Assembly (NCBI GenBank): GCA_965218695.1
Contig: OZ244651.1
Location: 224,001-288,000, forward strand
DNA: 64,000 nt
From: Nitrosopumilus sp.
GTDB lineage: Archaea; Thermoproteota; Nitrososphaeria; Nitrososphaerales; Nitrosopumilaceae
Direction of reading: 5' to 3'
A program made the position numbers and the translations under genes. Of this stretch, positions 30,887-41,782 are shown piece after piece (the stretch's first letter is position 1; every line of letters starts with the position of its first letter). Below the pieces are notes generated by a model. That model was not told where the DNA came from, did not search any database, and saw only the letters and a list, made by a program, of their open reading frames with translations.

Positions 30887-32053
30887 CTAGCTTCGAATCC
30901 ATTGGGGCTCCAGACTCTTTCTTGAGAGTACTGCCATGACGGTAACTGCGATTCCTATCGCAAACAACACCACGTACGGCATTCCGCCTCCAAACGACTG
31001 CGTCAGCGAGCCTCCGATAATCGGACCAACCGCCCACCCTGCACCAAACACGGCCTCGTACGCGCCGATCATTCTGCCTGACATCTTGCTCTGGGTCTTG
31101 GTCAGGATTATCTCCAAGGTAAGCGGAAATATCACGCTGAACCCGAACCCCATCAGGATGACGGCAAGTACAAACCCGGCAAACGAGTCTGCAACAGCCG
31201 AGATGCCAAGCCCCGCTGCAAGCGTAAACGCTGCAACAATCAAGGTCAGACTCGTCCTTCTTGCAACCTTTCCTGTCAGTCCCAGCGAGACTACGCGCGA
31301 GATCCCGAGGATAAAGAACAGCATCAGGATGTCCGTGTCTGTCATACCCCTGTCGTTGAGGAATGCCGGATAGATTGTAAGGACTATTCCCAAAGACGAC
31401 GTGCAGAAGATCAGCATGACGATTATCTGCGGGAATCTCCTCATCTCCCTGATTGACACAAACGAGAACTTTTGGATACTTTTTTTGGGATCCCCTCTGG
31501 ACTCCCTTTTTAGGACCATGAGTGCTGCCACTATTGCCACCACCACAGACAGCCCTGTCATCTCAAAGAGCATCCTGTAGGTGACGTCTGCGTTCTCAAG
31601 CAGAAACGATCCGATCATGGGGCCTATCATAAACCCTATTGCAAAGAACATCGTAAACCATGAGATGTTTCTCACCCTGTCTCTTCTGGAGCTGTGGTTG
31701 GATATGATGGACTCGCACGGCGGCCAGAAGAACGCGTGGGACACGCCTATCATGATCCTGAGCAGTACCATCTCAGGAACCGTCTGCACGACCGAGAGAA
31801 GGTATATCGAGGTCATGCTGATTGCGGTCCCTGCCACCAGCAGGTACCCGCTGTTGAATCTGTCAAGCAGAATGCCTACAAAAAGAGGAATGAACATGTA
31901 TGGGATGAAATTGGCCAGTCCGATGATGCCAAGATCAGAGTATGATGCGCCGACCACGTTCTTGGCAAAGACAGGCAGGATCGGCCCGTGCAGTCCGTAG
32001 GATATCCCTATTACCATGCTGATAATGCCCACTAGTATGAGGATTCTGTTCAT
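30887..32053 (-). CDS. MFS transporter
   Basis: About 12 hydrophobic segments; G.L.DRF loop motif. Confidence 0.92.
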   Translation of the reverse strand: MNRILILVGIISMVIGISYGLHGPILPVFAKNVVGASYSDLGIIGLANFIPYMFIPLFVGILLDRFNSGYLLVAGTAISMTSIYLLSVVQTVPEMVLLRIMIGVSHAFFWPPCESIISNHSSRRDRVRNISWFTMFFAIGFMIGPMIGSFLLENADVTYRMLFEMTGLSVVVAIVAALMVLKRESRGDPKKSIQKFSFVSIREMRRFPQIIVMLIFCTSSLGIVLTIYPAFLNDRGMTDTDILMLFFILGISRVVSLGLTGKVARRTSLTLIVAAFTLAAGLGISAVADSFAGFVLAVILMGFGFSVIFPLTLEIILTKTQSKMSGRMIGAYEAVFGAGWAVGPIIGGSLTQSFGGGMPYVVLFAIGIAVTVMAVLSRKSLEPQWIRS

Positions 32054-32781
32054 TTATGCGCAGCGACTATTACTGCCCCGCCCATAAGATCCTTATCAAA
32101 TTCCACCCTTGAGAACTTTTCAAGCAAAAGACCCTCGAGCTTTCTGTTCTGGGGCCATCTCTTGAACGTGTCATACAGCGCGCCAAACTTCAGTCCTAGC
32201 CTGCCTCCTGCAAGAAACGCCAGTACCGGAAGTATGAATCTCAGATAGAACGAGACTCCTGCCCTGACAAATGCCCGGTCCGGCTTTCCCAGGTCGACTA
32301 TGACCAGCCTGCCGCCATCCTTGAGTACCCTGTGTATCTCTGATATTGCAGTCCTGAGCCTTATTGCATCCCTCAGCGAATATCCGCACAGTACCGCATC
32401 AAACTCCCCGTCCCTGAACGGCATGTGCTCAAAGACCCCGTTTGCCATATCCGGCGGCTCCTCAAAGAACGCGCCTGTATTTCTGAGCATGGGGACCAGC
32501 GGATCATAAAGCGTCACTGAGATCCGGCCGCCTGTAAGATCAACTGCAGTCTTTGACATGTTCCCAAAACCGGATCCGGCGTCAAGAATTCTGTCTCCCG
32601 GATGCACCCTGTCTGAGATCCCCATGTTCCTGTGTTTGGCATCCCTCCCAAGGGATATGATCGAGTTTACCTTGTCATAGACTGGGATGATCTCCTCTAG
32701 TACCTTGATGACTGTCCCCCATTGGCCCCCAAGTCCCAAACTATCTGCCATCAAACTCCCATCCGGACAGTTCAGATCCAA
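32050..32781 (-). CDS. UbiE/MenG-like SAM methyltransferase
   Basis: YDKVN.IISLG, LDAGSG.G, EIHRVLK.GG; true start probably near 32740. Confidence 0.85.
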   Translation of the reverse strand: MDLNCPDGSLMADSLGLGGQWGTVIKVLEEIIPVYDKVNSIISLGRDAKHRNMGISDRVHPGDRILDAGSGFGNMSKTAVDLTGGRISVTLYDPLVPMLRNTGAFFEEPPDMANGVFEHMPFRDGEFDAVLCGYSLRDAIRLRTAISEIHRVLKDGGRLVIVDLGKPDRAFVRAGVSFYLRFILPVLAFLAGGRLGLKFGALYDTFKRWPQNRKLEGLLLEKFSRVEFDKDLMGGAVIVAAHK

Positions 32782-32786
32782 AACTC

Positions 32787-33509
32787 TTATGCGGCAAATC
32801 TTGATGCGTTTCCGGAGTGGTTCTGCAGATCCGAGTCTGGGATCCTTTCAAACAGTCCGCCATCTGATGTTATTTTTGCCATCTTGATGTGACTGACATC
32901 GTCTTTCTGCTCTGACTTGAGGTTTATTGCCGCAATGGCAAGGGACACTGCATCATCCATGTTCATCTCCGGGCTGTAGAACTTTTCGAGAAATTCGTTG
33001 ACGTCGTCAGAACCTGCGCCTATTGCCACTGCTGCATACTGGACATACGTTCCGCTTGGGTCAGTCACGTATATCGAGATGCCCTTTTGATCGACTCCTG
33101 CAATGATTAGTGATACCCCGTTTGGGCGGACTCCTGAGTACTGTGTAAACTGGTGAGACTGATCTGCAAGATGCTTGGCCACCGTGGCAACCTCGACTGA
33201 TTCGTCATATGTCATCCTGGTTCCCTGCGAGAAGAACCTTGCATTGTCCACCTGTACGCGTGCATCCGGAATGTAGCCGGCAGCTGCCACCCCTATGTGG
33301 TGATCCACCTGAAATATCTTTTGTGTGATACCCCTTGTCTGAAGGGTTCTTGGCTTCTCCTCGACTGCTATTATCACTCCCTGGCTGGTGACTACCCCGA
33401 TGGCCAGGGTTCCCCTCTTTACAGTCTCGATGGCGTATTCCACCTGATATATCCTGCCGTCTGGCGAATACATTGTAGGTGTCATGTCGTAGCCGCGTGA
33501 TGCCATCAT
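32787..33509 (-). CDS. psmA: Proteasome alpha subunit
   Basis: GYD...T.YSPDGRIYQVEYA signature. Confidence 0.97.
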   Translation of the reverse strand: MMASRGYDMTPTMYSPDGRIYQVEYAIETVKRGTLAIGVVTSQGVIIAVEEKPRTLQTRGITQKIFQVDHHIGVAAAGYIPDARVQVDNARFFSQGTRMTYDESVEVATVAKHLADQSHQFTQYSGVRPNGVSLIIAGVDQKGISIYVTDPSGTYVQYAAVAIGAGSDDVNEFLEKFYSPEMNMDDAVSLAIAAINLKSEQKDDVSHIKMAKITSDGGLFERIPDSDLQNHSGNASRFAA

Positions 33510-33710
33510 GTCATAAAATCTCCGTTCTAAGTTAATTTAAGGGTAATTATACAGCATGTTCCTGCCTCCGTGTCAGGACGGTGCCTGTTCTGGCATGCCC
33601 TCCCTGATTCATGCCGTTCTTGCCGAATCGGTGCCTGGTAGAATTCTGTCTGATGTGGATGACACCATTTCATATTTTGCCCATCGGAGTATCAAATATG
33701 GATGCGATAT

Positions 33711-35002
33711 CAGTCTTCCCAGAAGTAGCTCAGGGTAGCACCGGCGGCGGGGGCTCCGGCGGCTCTTTGTAGCCAAATACGATCAGCAACAGCAGCATGT
33801 CCCTGAGATCCTGTTGGGTGATCGGGGGATCCGTGGGATAAATCCCGGTAACGTGCATCAGCGTTGCGTTTGCCATTACCCAAGCGTTAAAGACGGCTAC
33901 AGAGTACACAAAGCACAAAAGTCGCGCCATCGGGTTCTTGCTGTGCGTCTTGGCCCTTGTGTTTTCTATCATCCGGTATCCAGTCTCTATGCCCCACCTG
34001 TTCCCGTACGAGTCCGGATCCACGTCGGGGACGTTGGTGGCAAACCCGATGTATTTCTCGTGCGGCAGCAGCTCGTCGTCGTCCTTTCTTTTCTTCCTCT
34101 TCTTCCTTTCTGTGATGGTCATCGTATACGACACCTCCCTGCCATCTCCCCCGACGATGACGGATTTGGAGACGCGGCCGCGCCTGCCTGTAGCAAACTC
34201 TGCGATGGCATCCACCACAGTATCCGTATTCTTGCATGGTATCAGATATTTGATGCCCATGTCCCCAAGCGTCCCCATTACGTCTGCCGTAAAGAACTCC
34301 CTGTCCAGCATCGCCATTCCGATGCAGGCCCCCACGTCCCGTGCAGAGCCGATGATTTTACGCACGAAATCGGCAGTATCCTCAAGTGACGGCATGTTCA
34401 GGACGCCTAACACGAGGCGAAGGTTCTGAACCGTGGACTGTATCGTGATGTACCTCTCAAAGACGTGTGTCCCGTCCTTGGCCTTTGAGCGCACCAGTTC
34501 TGCCCCGTAGCTCTTGTCGTATCTGGGTATCAGGTGCATGTCGATTGCCAAGTCAATCTCCTGGTCTTTCTTGAGCAGTCTCATCTTGCGCATCTGGTCA
34601 AGCTGCAGGACGACTGTCTTGGCAAAGCATTTGTAGACGTCGCTGCCACGCGTCCGGGATGCCGCATCGCGCATCCACTCATCACTTGGGCGTGAGTCCC
34701 CGTCTGCACCGCCGATTCTCTTGGAGGACCTGGTGCATCCGGCCACCTGCCTGCCGTGCGCACATGCGCCTGCCATGCTTCTGTGAAAATCCTCGGTGCC
34801 GTAGATGGCATTGTGCCTGTGTGAGACCATGATGCACGGGGACATGCCTGCCCCTACCGTGTCCAGAACATCTTGATATATGCGTGGGTTGTTAAGCAAG
34901 TCGCGTCTCAGTTGGTTCATTGGTAGTTCGATGACCTTCTGAGATTGCCCTAATTGATCTGTTTTGATTTTGGGCTGTTTTCAGGTACTTCTGGGAAGAC
35001 TG
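33711..35002 (-). mobile_element. ISH3-family element, intact transposase 33730..34920
   Basis: Perfect 17-bp TIR cagtcttcccagaagta; 5-bp TSD gatat at 33706-33710 and 35003-35007. Confidence 0.93.
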
Positions 35003-35052
35003 GATATGGAAATAGAGTTTTAAGGGAAATCGATGTTACTATATAATATACA

Positions 35053-35436
35053 ATGGCCGATCAGCTCTTAGAATTTCGAAGGATAATCCAATCAAGAACA
35101 CCCCCCGCATCTCGCAAGCCAGACAAGCAAACCAGAAAGCTGCTTCTGTATCTGTTTACCAGTACCAGGGGGGGATTCACAAGAATGCGAATCATCATAC
35201 TTTTGATTGACCGTCCCTACAACACCCACCAGCTTGCAAAGGAGCTTGGCATTGACTACAAGGCAGTCCAGCATCACATGAAGGTGCTTGAAAAGAACAG
35301 CATGGTATCAAGGATCGGGGAAAAATACGGTGCAATATTCCACCTCTCAAACCTGCTTGAGACCAACTTGGCTGCCCTTGATGAGGCAATCTATAAACTT
35401 CACCAAAAAATGAATCACAAAAAAGTCTATATCTGA
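35053..35436 (+). CDS. ArsR-like winged-helix regulator
   Basis: TRGG.TR.RII, N.HQLA.ELG.DYKAVQHH..VL. Confidence 0.88.
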   Translation: MADQLLEFRRIIQSRTPPASRKPDKQTRKLLLYLFTSTRGGFTRMRIIILLIDRPYNTHQLAKELGIDYKAVQHHMKVLEKNSMVSRIGEKYGAIFHLSNLLETNLAALDEAIYKLHQKMNHKKVYI

Positions 35437-35729
35437 TACGACTGTACAACAACTCAGACACAACCGTTCAGACATGTCCTTGCGTGCGTTGGATTTTCTG
35501 GCACGCATCAAATCTGTTCGTCTGGTCTGCGCATCAAATCATTGGCATGACCGCTCTACACTGGCTCCTATCTGGCAGACTATATCCTTTGAGAATATCT
35601 GTCAGTCATTTGTCTCTGACTGCATGACAGAACCGACGCCAGCGTACAGATGATACAAGCAGATGCCTGTTCCTTGACGATTCAAGCTCGATACCGTTTT
35701 GCCGATTTTACAAAAACCCCAAACCCACA

Positions 35730-35807
35730 GTGCGCACTCGTCCAATACAATTCTGGGCACGAATTTGCAATGAATTATGCCTGTGTCTAAGGAGACTGAG
35801 TGTGTAC
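35730..35807. mobile_element. ~80-bp MITE, copy B
   Basis: 47/50 identical to 50198-50247; flanked by aaacccac repeats. Confidence 0.78.
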
Positions 35808-35853
35808 AAACCCACGACATATTTGGTTTATATAGGACGGATGTCTGTGAGAA

Positions 35854-37137
35854 ATGATATATTTGGTCAAGGCAGATCCTTTTGCAAATGCCACGCAGCA
35901 GGTAAATGACGCATGTGACATACTTGAAATTTCAGATGATGGGCTGCGTCAGTATCTGGCAATGCCAAACAAGGTACTGAGGGTAAAGATTCCCGTGAAG
36001 ATGGATGATGGAAGCATCAGGATATTTACCGGCTTTCGAAGCCAGCACAATAACGACAGGGGCCCATACAAGGGTGGTATTCGATACTTTGATCCAAAAG
36101 GCGGTGTCGAGTATATGGAACGCGAGGTCATGGCCCTGTCCTCATGGATGACATGGAAGTGTGCAATAGTCGATGTTCCCCTAGGTGGTGGCAAGGGTGC
36201 AATATACGTAAACCCCAAGACTGAAAAACTCAGTGACGGCGAGATGGAGAGGCTTACACGTGGATTTGCCTACAAGATCTCCGAGATAATAGGACCAGAA
36301 AAGGACATTCCCGCCCCCGATGTCTACACCACCGGTCGGGAGATGACTCAGATTATGGATACATTTTCCAAACTAAACGGCAACAAGTACTCCCCTGGAG
36401 TCATTACCGGAAAGCCAATCTCCATGGGTGGATCACTTGCACGAAATGTGGCTACAGGATTGGGTACTGCATACACGGTACGGGAGGCTGCAAAGACGCT
36501 GAAACTGAACCTGAAAGGCACCAAGGTCGTACTTCAGGGGTTTGGAAACGCGTCGACATTTGCAGGCATCTATCTTGAAAAGATGGGCGCAAAGGTGATT
36601 GCGGTCAGCGACTCTAGGGGCGCTATATCCATTCCAAGAGGAGCAAAGGTTGAGAAGATTCTTGAACACAAGCAAAAGACAGGCTCTGTAGTCGGCTACC
36701 GCGGCAGCAAGGGTATCACAACCGAACAACTGCTTACTACAAAATGTGACGTTTTGGTTCCAGGCGCACTGGAGAATCAAATTAATGCCAAAATTGCAAG
36801 GAATCTTCAATGCAAGATTATTGCCGAGGCGGCAAACGGGCCCACACTCCCGGAGGCTGATCCAATAATATACAAAAACAACATCCTGATAATACCTGAC
36901 ATTCTTGCCAACTCCGGCGGCGTCTGCATCTCCTATCTGGAATGGGTACAGAACAACATGGGTTATTACTGGTCGTTTGATGATGTGGCAAGCAAGATGG
37001 AAAAGAACATCACTGCCGGTTTCAAGGATGCATACGCCCTATCCAAAAAGCACAAAATTGACATGAGAAAGGCTACAATGGTTCTTGCAGTGTCCAGAGT
37101 TCTTGAGGCATTCAACCAGAAGGGCATCTGGCCATAA
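35854..37137 (+). CDS. gdhA: Glutamate dehydrogenase (Glu/Leu/Phe/Val family)
   Basis: GPYKGGIR, PLGGGKG, DIPAPD, GFGN, EAANGP, NSGGV..SY.EW. Confidence 0.93.
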   Translation: MIYLVKADPFANATQQVNDACDILEISDDGLRQYLAMPNKVLRVKIPVKMDDGSIRIFTGFRSQHNNDRGPYKGGIRYFDPKGGVEYMEREVMALSSWMTWKCAIVDVPLGGGKGAIYVNPKTEKLSDGEMERLTRGFAYKISEIIGPEKDIPAPDVYTTGREMTQIMDTFSKLNGNKYSPGVITGKPISMGGSLARNVATGLGTAYTVREAAKTLKLNLKGTKVVLQGFGNASTFAGIYLEKMGAKVIAVSDSRGAISIPRGAKVEKILEHKQKTGSVVGYRGSKGITTEQLLTTKCDVLVPGALENQINAKIARNLQCKIIAEAANGPTLPEADPIIYKNNILIIPDILANSGGVCISYLEWVQNNMGYYWSFDDVASKMEKNITAGFKDAYALSKKHKIDMRKATMVLAVSRVLEAFNQKGIWP

Positions 37138-37234
37138 TAATAGCCGAATATACCTGTCAGTTGCGAATCCTGAACCATACGTCGGTCTACCTCGGTACAC
37201 CAGCACATATTAGGAATAACTGGCCATACCTTGT

Positions 37235-37915
37235 GTGATGTCCCGCGTACTGCTTGTACAGAACACGCGCGCCGAGGGCTCAGGACATTTGGGCCGGTTG
37301 CTTGCCGATGACGGATTTGATACCGTCTCAATAAATGCAAAACGTGATCCAATCCCGGACGCGGATTTTGCCCTTGTCGTCATACTGGGGGCACCGGAGA
37401 GTGCAAACGACGATCTGCCGTACCTTCATGCAGAGCAGAACCTGATAAGGGATTCTGTCGACCACGACATCCCTGTTCTGGGGATCTGTCTGGGCTCGCA
37501 GCTCATTGCCAGGGCCCTTGGCGGGAGCGTGTACCGGGGGCCAAGGACCGAGATCGGCTTTTACAGCGATCTGAAGACAAGTAGCGATTCGCCGCTGTTT
37601 TCAGGATTTGAAGACCCGTTTACCGTCTTTCACTGGCATAGGGATACCTTTGATCTGCCTGAAGGCGCGCTCAGGCTTGCATCATCTGAGTACTATCCAA
37701 ACCAGGCATTCCAGTACAGGTGCGCGGTGGGAGTACAGTTCCATTTGGAGGTAGATGCCAGGATGGTCAATCTCTGGCTTGACAACTTCCAGAGGCATTC
37801 TGCAGGAACCCTGGATATACAGCGGATTCGGATGGATGTGGATGAACAGATTCAAACCGTCCACTCAAACATGAACCTGTTCTATGACAACTTCAAATCG
37901 ACGTTTGGGCTGTAA
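37235..37915 (+). CDS. Type 1 glutamine amidotransferase
   Basis: LGICLGSQ nucleophile, WH.D, QFHLE. Confidence 0.92.
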   Translation: MMSRVLLVQNTRAEGSGHLGRLLADDGFDTVSINAKRDPIPDADFALVVILGAPESANDDLPYLHAEQNLIRDSVDHDIPVLGICLGSQLIARALGGSVYRGPRTEIGFYSDLKTSSDSPLFSGFEDPFTVFHWHRDTFDLPEGALRLASSEYYPNQAFQYRCAVGVQFHLEVDARMVNLWLDNFQRHSAGTLDIQRIRMDVDEQIQTVHSNMNLFYDNFKSTFGL

Positions 37916-38082
37916 TCTGCATCATGACACCTGTTCTGCATATTGCTGTGTCTGCATGGGATTGTTATGTTGTGTCAGATGATCCCTGCATGACGTGCAT
38001 CCTGGTAGCCGGTTCGTGATTCCTGACGGTTCTAGATGATTTCTGGAATCCTGCAGACTCGCCGGCAGCTCCCGAATATGTC

Positions 38083-39514
38083 TGTGGGATCCCGAAAGTA
38101 GTTCGCCCCCCTCCAAGACTTGGAGGTACTTCCATGTTTGATGTTGCCGGCTGTTGCATAATTGTCTTGTGTTGGATCCTGCGTCCGGAATCATGAATTT
38201 TTGTCATTTCCACTCCACGCATGGCGACTTTCAAAAAATTGTGCGCAACATCCCCCAGGATGGGGCGCGGTTGTGACGTCGTGCCGGACAGCTATTCTGC
38301 GCGGTATTCCTCACCGGTCTGGCCGTCCACTACCATCTCTCCTGCAGGGGGCATCTTTCTTTCGAATGCCTGCGCCGGGGTCTCGAGGTTGTCCCAGTCA
38401 AGGGACATGTGCGGCCGGTCGTGGTTGTACCACTCCATGAACCGCTCCACGGGATCCTTTGCTGGCGCGGTGCAAAACGGCCCTCCAACGTGGGAATCCC
38501 CTGAGGCGCCGCGCCTGGTCTTGGCAGAAGATGCCGCCTCGAACCGGCGCAGCTTGCGCTGCATCTCCCCGTGCAGGCGCTCCAGCTTGCCGTTGGTTTG
38601 GGGGTGCCGCACGCGCGCCAGTATGTGCCTGATTCCAAGCTCGACTAGCCTCTGCTCGAACCTGGAGGCTCCCTTCTTCTTGACCTCGGATTCCGTGGCA
38701 TAGAACTGGGCGCCGCGGTCAGTCAGGATCGATGCGGGCTTGCCGTAATTTTTTATGGCCTCGTCGAGCACCTTCAGGGCGTTTTCGGTTGTCGCCTCCT
38801 CAAATACCCCAAATCCGGTCACGAAGCGCGAGGCGTCGTCTTCATAGCACAGGAACCACCTGCCGTCGTCAAGCTGTTTGTAGTCTGTGTGCCACATCGA
38901 GTTGGAGTGCTCGCGCTCGTAGCGGATCCACTTGCGGCGCTGGCTCTTCCTTGGCTGGGTGTCTGCAAAATCGGCATCCTTCAATATCCTGTGCAGGACG
39001 TTGTGTGGGATATGTATTCCTGTAAGCGACTTTATGATGCGCTCCAGGGACGCTGCCCCGTGGACTGCAGTGGACGCAGCCGATAAAACCGCCGAATGAT
39101 CCCGCCTCCCGGGCGCGCACTTTTTGGGCCTGCCCATGGGAGCAGGATACGCGATCCGATCCTTGTCCCTGTACCTCTTCCACAGCTTTTGGACCCAGCG
39201 GACCGACACTCCCATGCTTGCTGCAATCTCTTTGTTGCGGGAATTCTTGCGCTTTTCTTGTATGATCCATTCGACTTTGGACTGGTCAAGCTTTTTCATC
39301 ACTCGCACTCTCCGTCTTCCTATATGACGCCACACGGCCGAGCGTCTCCACCGACGGGAAACCCACACACCGTCGTTTCTGGTAAGGGACAGGCTGACTG
39401 CATTTCCCAGTAATCTTGCACGCGATGCCATGCCGCGGATAATGTCCTTCATTGGGCATGTCCACCCCGGGCCGGAGCCTCATGTGGGGGGTGAACAACT
39501 TTCGGGACTATACA
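38083..39514 (-). mobile_element. IS481-family element, transposase ~38292..39299
   Basis: TGT...ACA ends, ~29-bp imperfect TIR, 15-bp TSD gctcccgaatatgtc; WHTD, DD.SR, TDRG, PQTNGKLER motifs. Confidence 0.92.
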
Positions 39515-39572
39515 GCTCCCGAATATGTCCACACAAGTTTAATATAATGAACTTTAGCCTCATCGGTATATC

Positions 39573-41687
39573 ATGCCTGATGTCAAGACGATATTCGAGG
39601 AGACCATCCAGACAGACCACAAGATTATCACCGAGGAACTCTCAAAATCCATTCTCAAAGAATATGGTGTCAAGGTTCCCCCCTTTGCGCTTGTGACATC
39701 CGAGGCAGATGCTGTAAAAAAGGCCAAGAAGATCGGCTTTCCGCTGGTAATGAAGGTGGTATCACCTCAGATACTCCACAAGACTGATGTCGGCGGAGTC
39801 AAGGTGGGAATAGACAATATCGGAGATGTAAAAAAGACATTCAACGACATGTATGGTAGGCTCTCAAAGAAAAAGGGCGTAAACGTCAAGGGAATCCTTC
39901 TTGAAAAGATGGTTCCAAAGGGCGTGGAACTAATAGTGGGAATCCAAAACGATCCGCAGTTTGGCCCGGTAATAATGGTCGGACTCGGGGGAATCATGAC
40001 CGAAGTAATGAAGGATGTCGCATTCAGAATGCTCCCAATCACAACATCTGATGCAAGGTCCATGCTAAACGAGTTAAAGGGCTCGCAACTTCTCAAGGGA
40101 TTCAGGGGAAGTGATCCTGTTGATCTTGGAATGGTCGCCGGCATGCTGGCCAGCATTGGAAAACTGGGCGTGGAGAATGCAGACTATATCAACAGCATCG
40201 ACTTTAATCCCGTGGTGGTATACCCAAAGTCCCACTATGTCGTTGACGCAAAGATCATCCTAAATGATGCTGTAAAAAAGAACTCTATCTCAAAGGCAAA
40301 GCCAAACAAGGATCACATGGAGAAGTTCTTTACGCCAAGATCAGTCGCGCTCGTGGGAGCCTCCACAAGCAAGGGCAAAATTGGAAACTCCATACTAGAC
40401 AGCCTTGTAAACTACGACTACAAGGGGGAGGTGTACCCAATCAATCCCAAGGCAGACAAGATATTTGGGAAAAAGTGCTATCCGTCGGTTGCAGATATTC
40501 CCGGCGATGTTGATCTCGTAGTCGTCTCAGTAGACCTCTCAATCACGCCCCCCATCCTGAAGGACTGTGCCAAAAAGGGGGTTCACAGCGTGGTGATAGT
40601 CTCCGGCGGTGGTAAGGAGCTCGGCGGAAAACGGGCCGCGTATGAGGCAGAGATCAAGCGACTGTCTGCAAAGTACAACATCCGAATCATAGGACCAAAC
40701 TGTATCGGAATGTTCAATGCTGCAAACAGACTTGACTGTGCGTTTCAGGGACAGGAGAGGATGATACGTGCAAAACTGGGCACTGTTGCACTGCTCTCCC
40801 AAAGCGGAACCATGGGAATCAGCTTTTTGGAGACTGCCGATGCATTCGGACTCTCAAAGATGGTAAGCTATGGAAACCGTTCTGATGTGGACGAGGCAGA
40901 CATGATATGGTACCTTGCAAACGATCCCCAGACCAGCGTGATCCTACTCTACGTCGAGGGATTCGGAGACGGAAGAAAATTCATCAATACTGCAAAGCGC
41001 GTAATGAAGGAGACAAAGAAACCTGTTGTCATATGGAAGAGCGGCAGGACCGCACTTGGCGCAAAACAGGCCGCATCGCACACCGGCTCCCTTGGGGGTT
41101 CAAATGCAATAATAATGGGTGCCTTCAAGCAGGCTGGAATCATCTCTGTTGACAGTTATCAGGAGCTAGCAGCTGTTGCAAAGGCACTTACCTGGCAGCC
41201 GGGCGCAAGGGGCAACCGGGCTGCAATGACAAGCAACGGTGCGGGCCCGATGATTGGGGCAATTGACCACTTTGACAGAATGGGGCTGAGGCTTGCCAAG
41301 GTTACCTCAAAGTCACTCAAGCACATGAAGGAGCATTTTCCGCCAACCTACGTGATAGGCAAGGGCAATCCTGCTGATGTTACAGGCGGCGCCAGTGCCG
41401 AGGACTATCAGTTTGTAATCAAGACTTTCATGGACGATCCAAACGTGGACATTGTAATGCCATGGTTCGTATTCCAAGACGATCCGCTTGATGAGGTAAT
41501 CATTGATTATCTGGCAGATTTCTCCAATGAGAAGAGCAAGCCTGTTCTTGTCGGGGGAAACGGCGGACCATACACGCAGAAGGTCTCGCGTCTCGTTGAG
41601 GCAAGAGGCGTTCCAGTCTATGACGATCTGCGGGACTGGGTGGCAGCTGCGTCCGCGCTTGCCCACTGGGGAAAAATCTCAAAATAG
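39573..41687 (+). CDS. ADP-forming acyl-CoA synthetase, probably 3-hydroxypropionyl-CoA synthetase (3HP/4HB cycle)
   Basis: N-terminal ATP-grasp domain (HKTDVGGV) fused before the CoA-binding domain (GPNC, SQSG, SHTGSL); a crotonase is the next core gene. Confidence 0.85.
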   Translation: MPDVKTIFEETIQTDHKIITEELSKSILKEYGVKVPPFALVTSEADAVKKAKKIGFPLVMKVVSPQILHKTDVGGVKVGIDNIGDVKKTFNDMYGRLSKKKGVNVKGILLEKMVPKGVELIVGIQNDPQFGPVIMVGLGGIMTEVMKDVAFRMLPITTSDARSMLNELKGSQLLKGFRGSDPVDLGMVAGMLASIGKLGVENADYINSIDFNPVVVYPKSHYVVDAKIILNDAVKKNSISKAKPNKDHMEKFFTPRSVALVGASTSKGKIGNSILDSLVNYDYKGEVYPINPKADKIFGKKCYPSVADIPGDVDLVVVSVDLSITPPILKDCAKKGVHSVVIVSGGGKELGGKRAAYEAEIKRLSAKYNIRIIGPNCIGMFNAANRLDCAFQGQERMIRAKLGTVALLSQSGTMGISFLETADAFGLSKMVSYGNRSDVDEADMIWYLANDPQTSVILLYVEGFGDGRKFINTAKRVMKETKKPVVIWKSGRTALGAKQAASHTGSLGGSNAIIMGAFKQAGIISVDSYQELAAVAKALTWQPGARGNRAAMTSNGAGPMIGAIDHFDRMGLRLAKVTSKSLKHMKEHFPPTYVIGKGNPADVTGGASAEDYQFVIKTFMDDPNVDIVMPWFVFQDDPLDEVIIDYLADFSNEKSKPVLVGGNGGPYTQKVSRLVEARGVPVYDDLRDWVAAASALAHWGKISK

Positions 41688-41782
41688 ACATCATCATGCC
41701 AAAGAGGATCCTGAATACCGCATGAGTGCCGTTCACGCCACTATCCAATGCAGTATTTATGCGACATCCGCGTAACGGGGTT

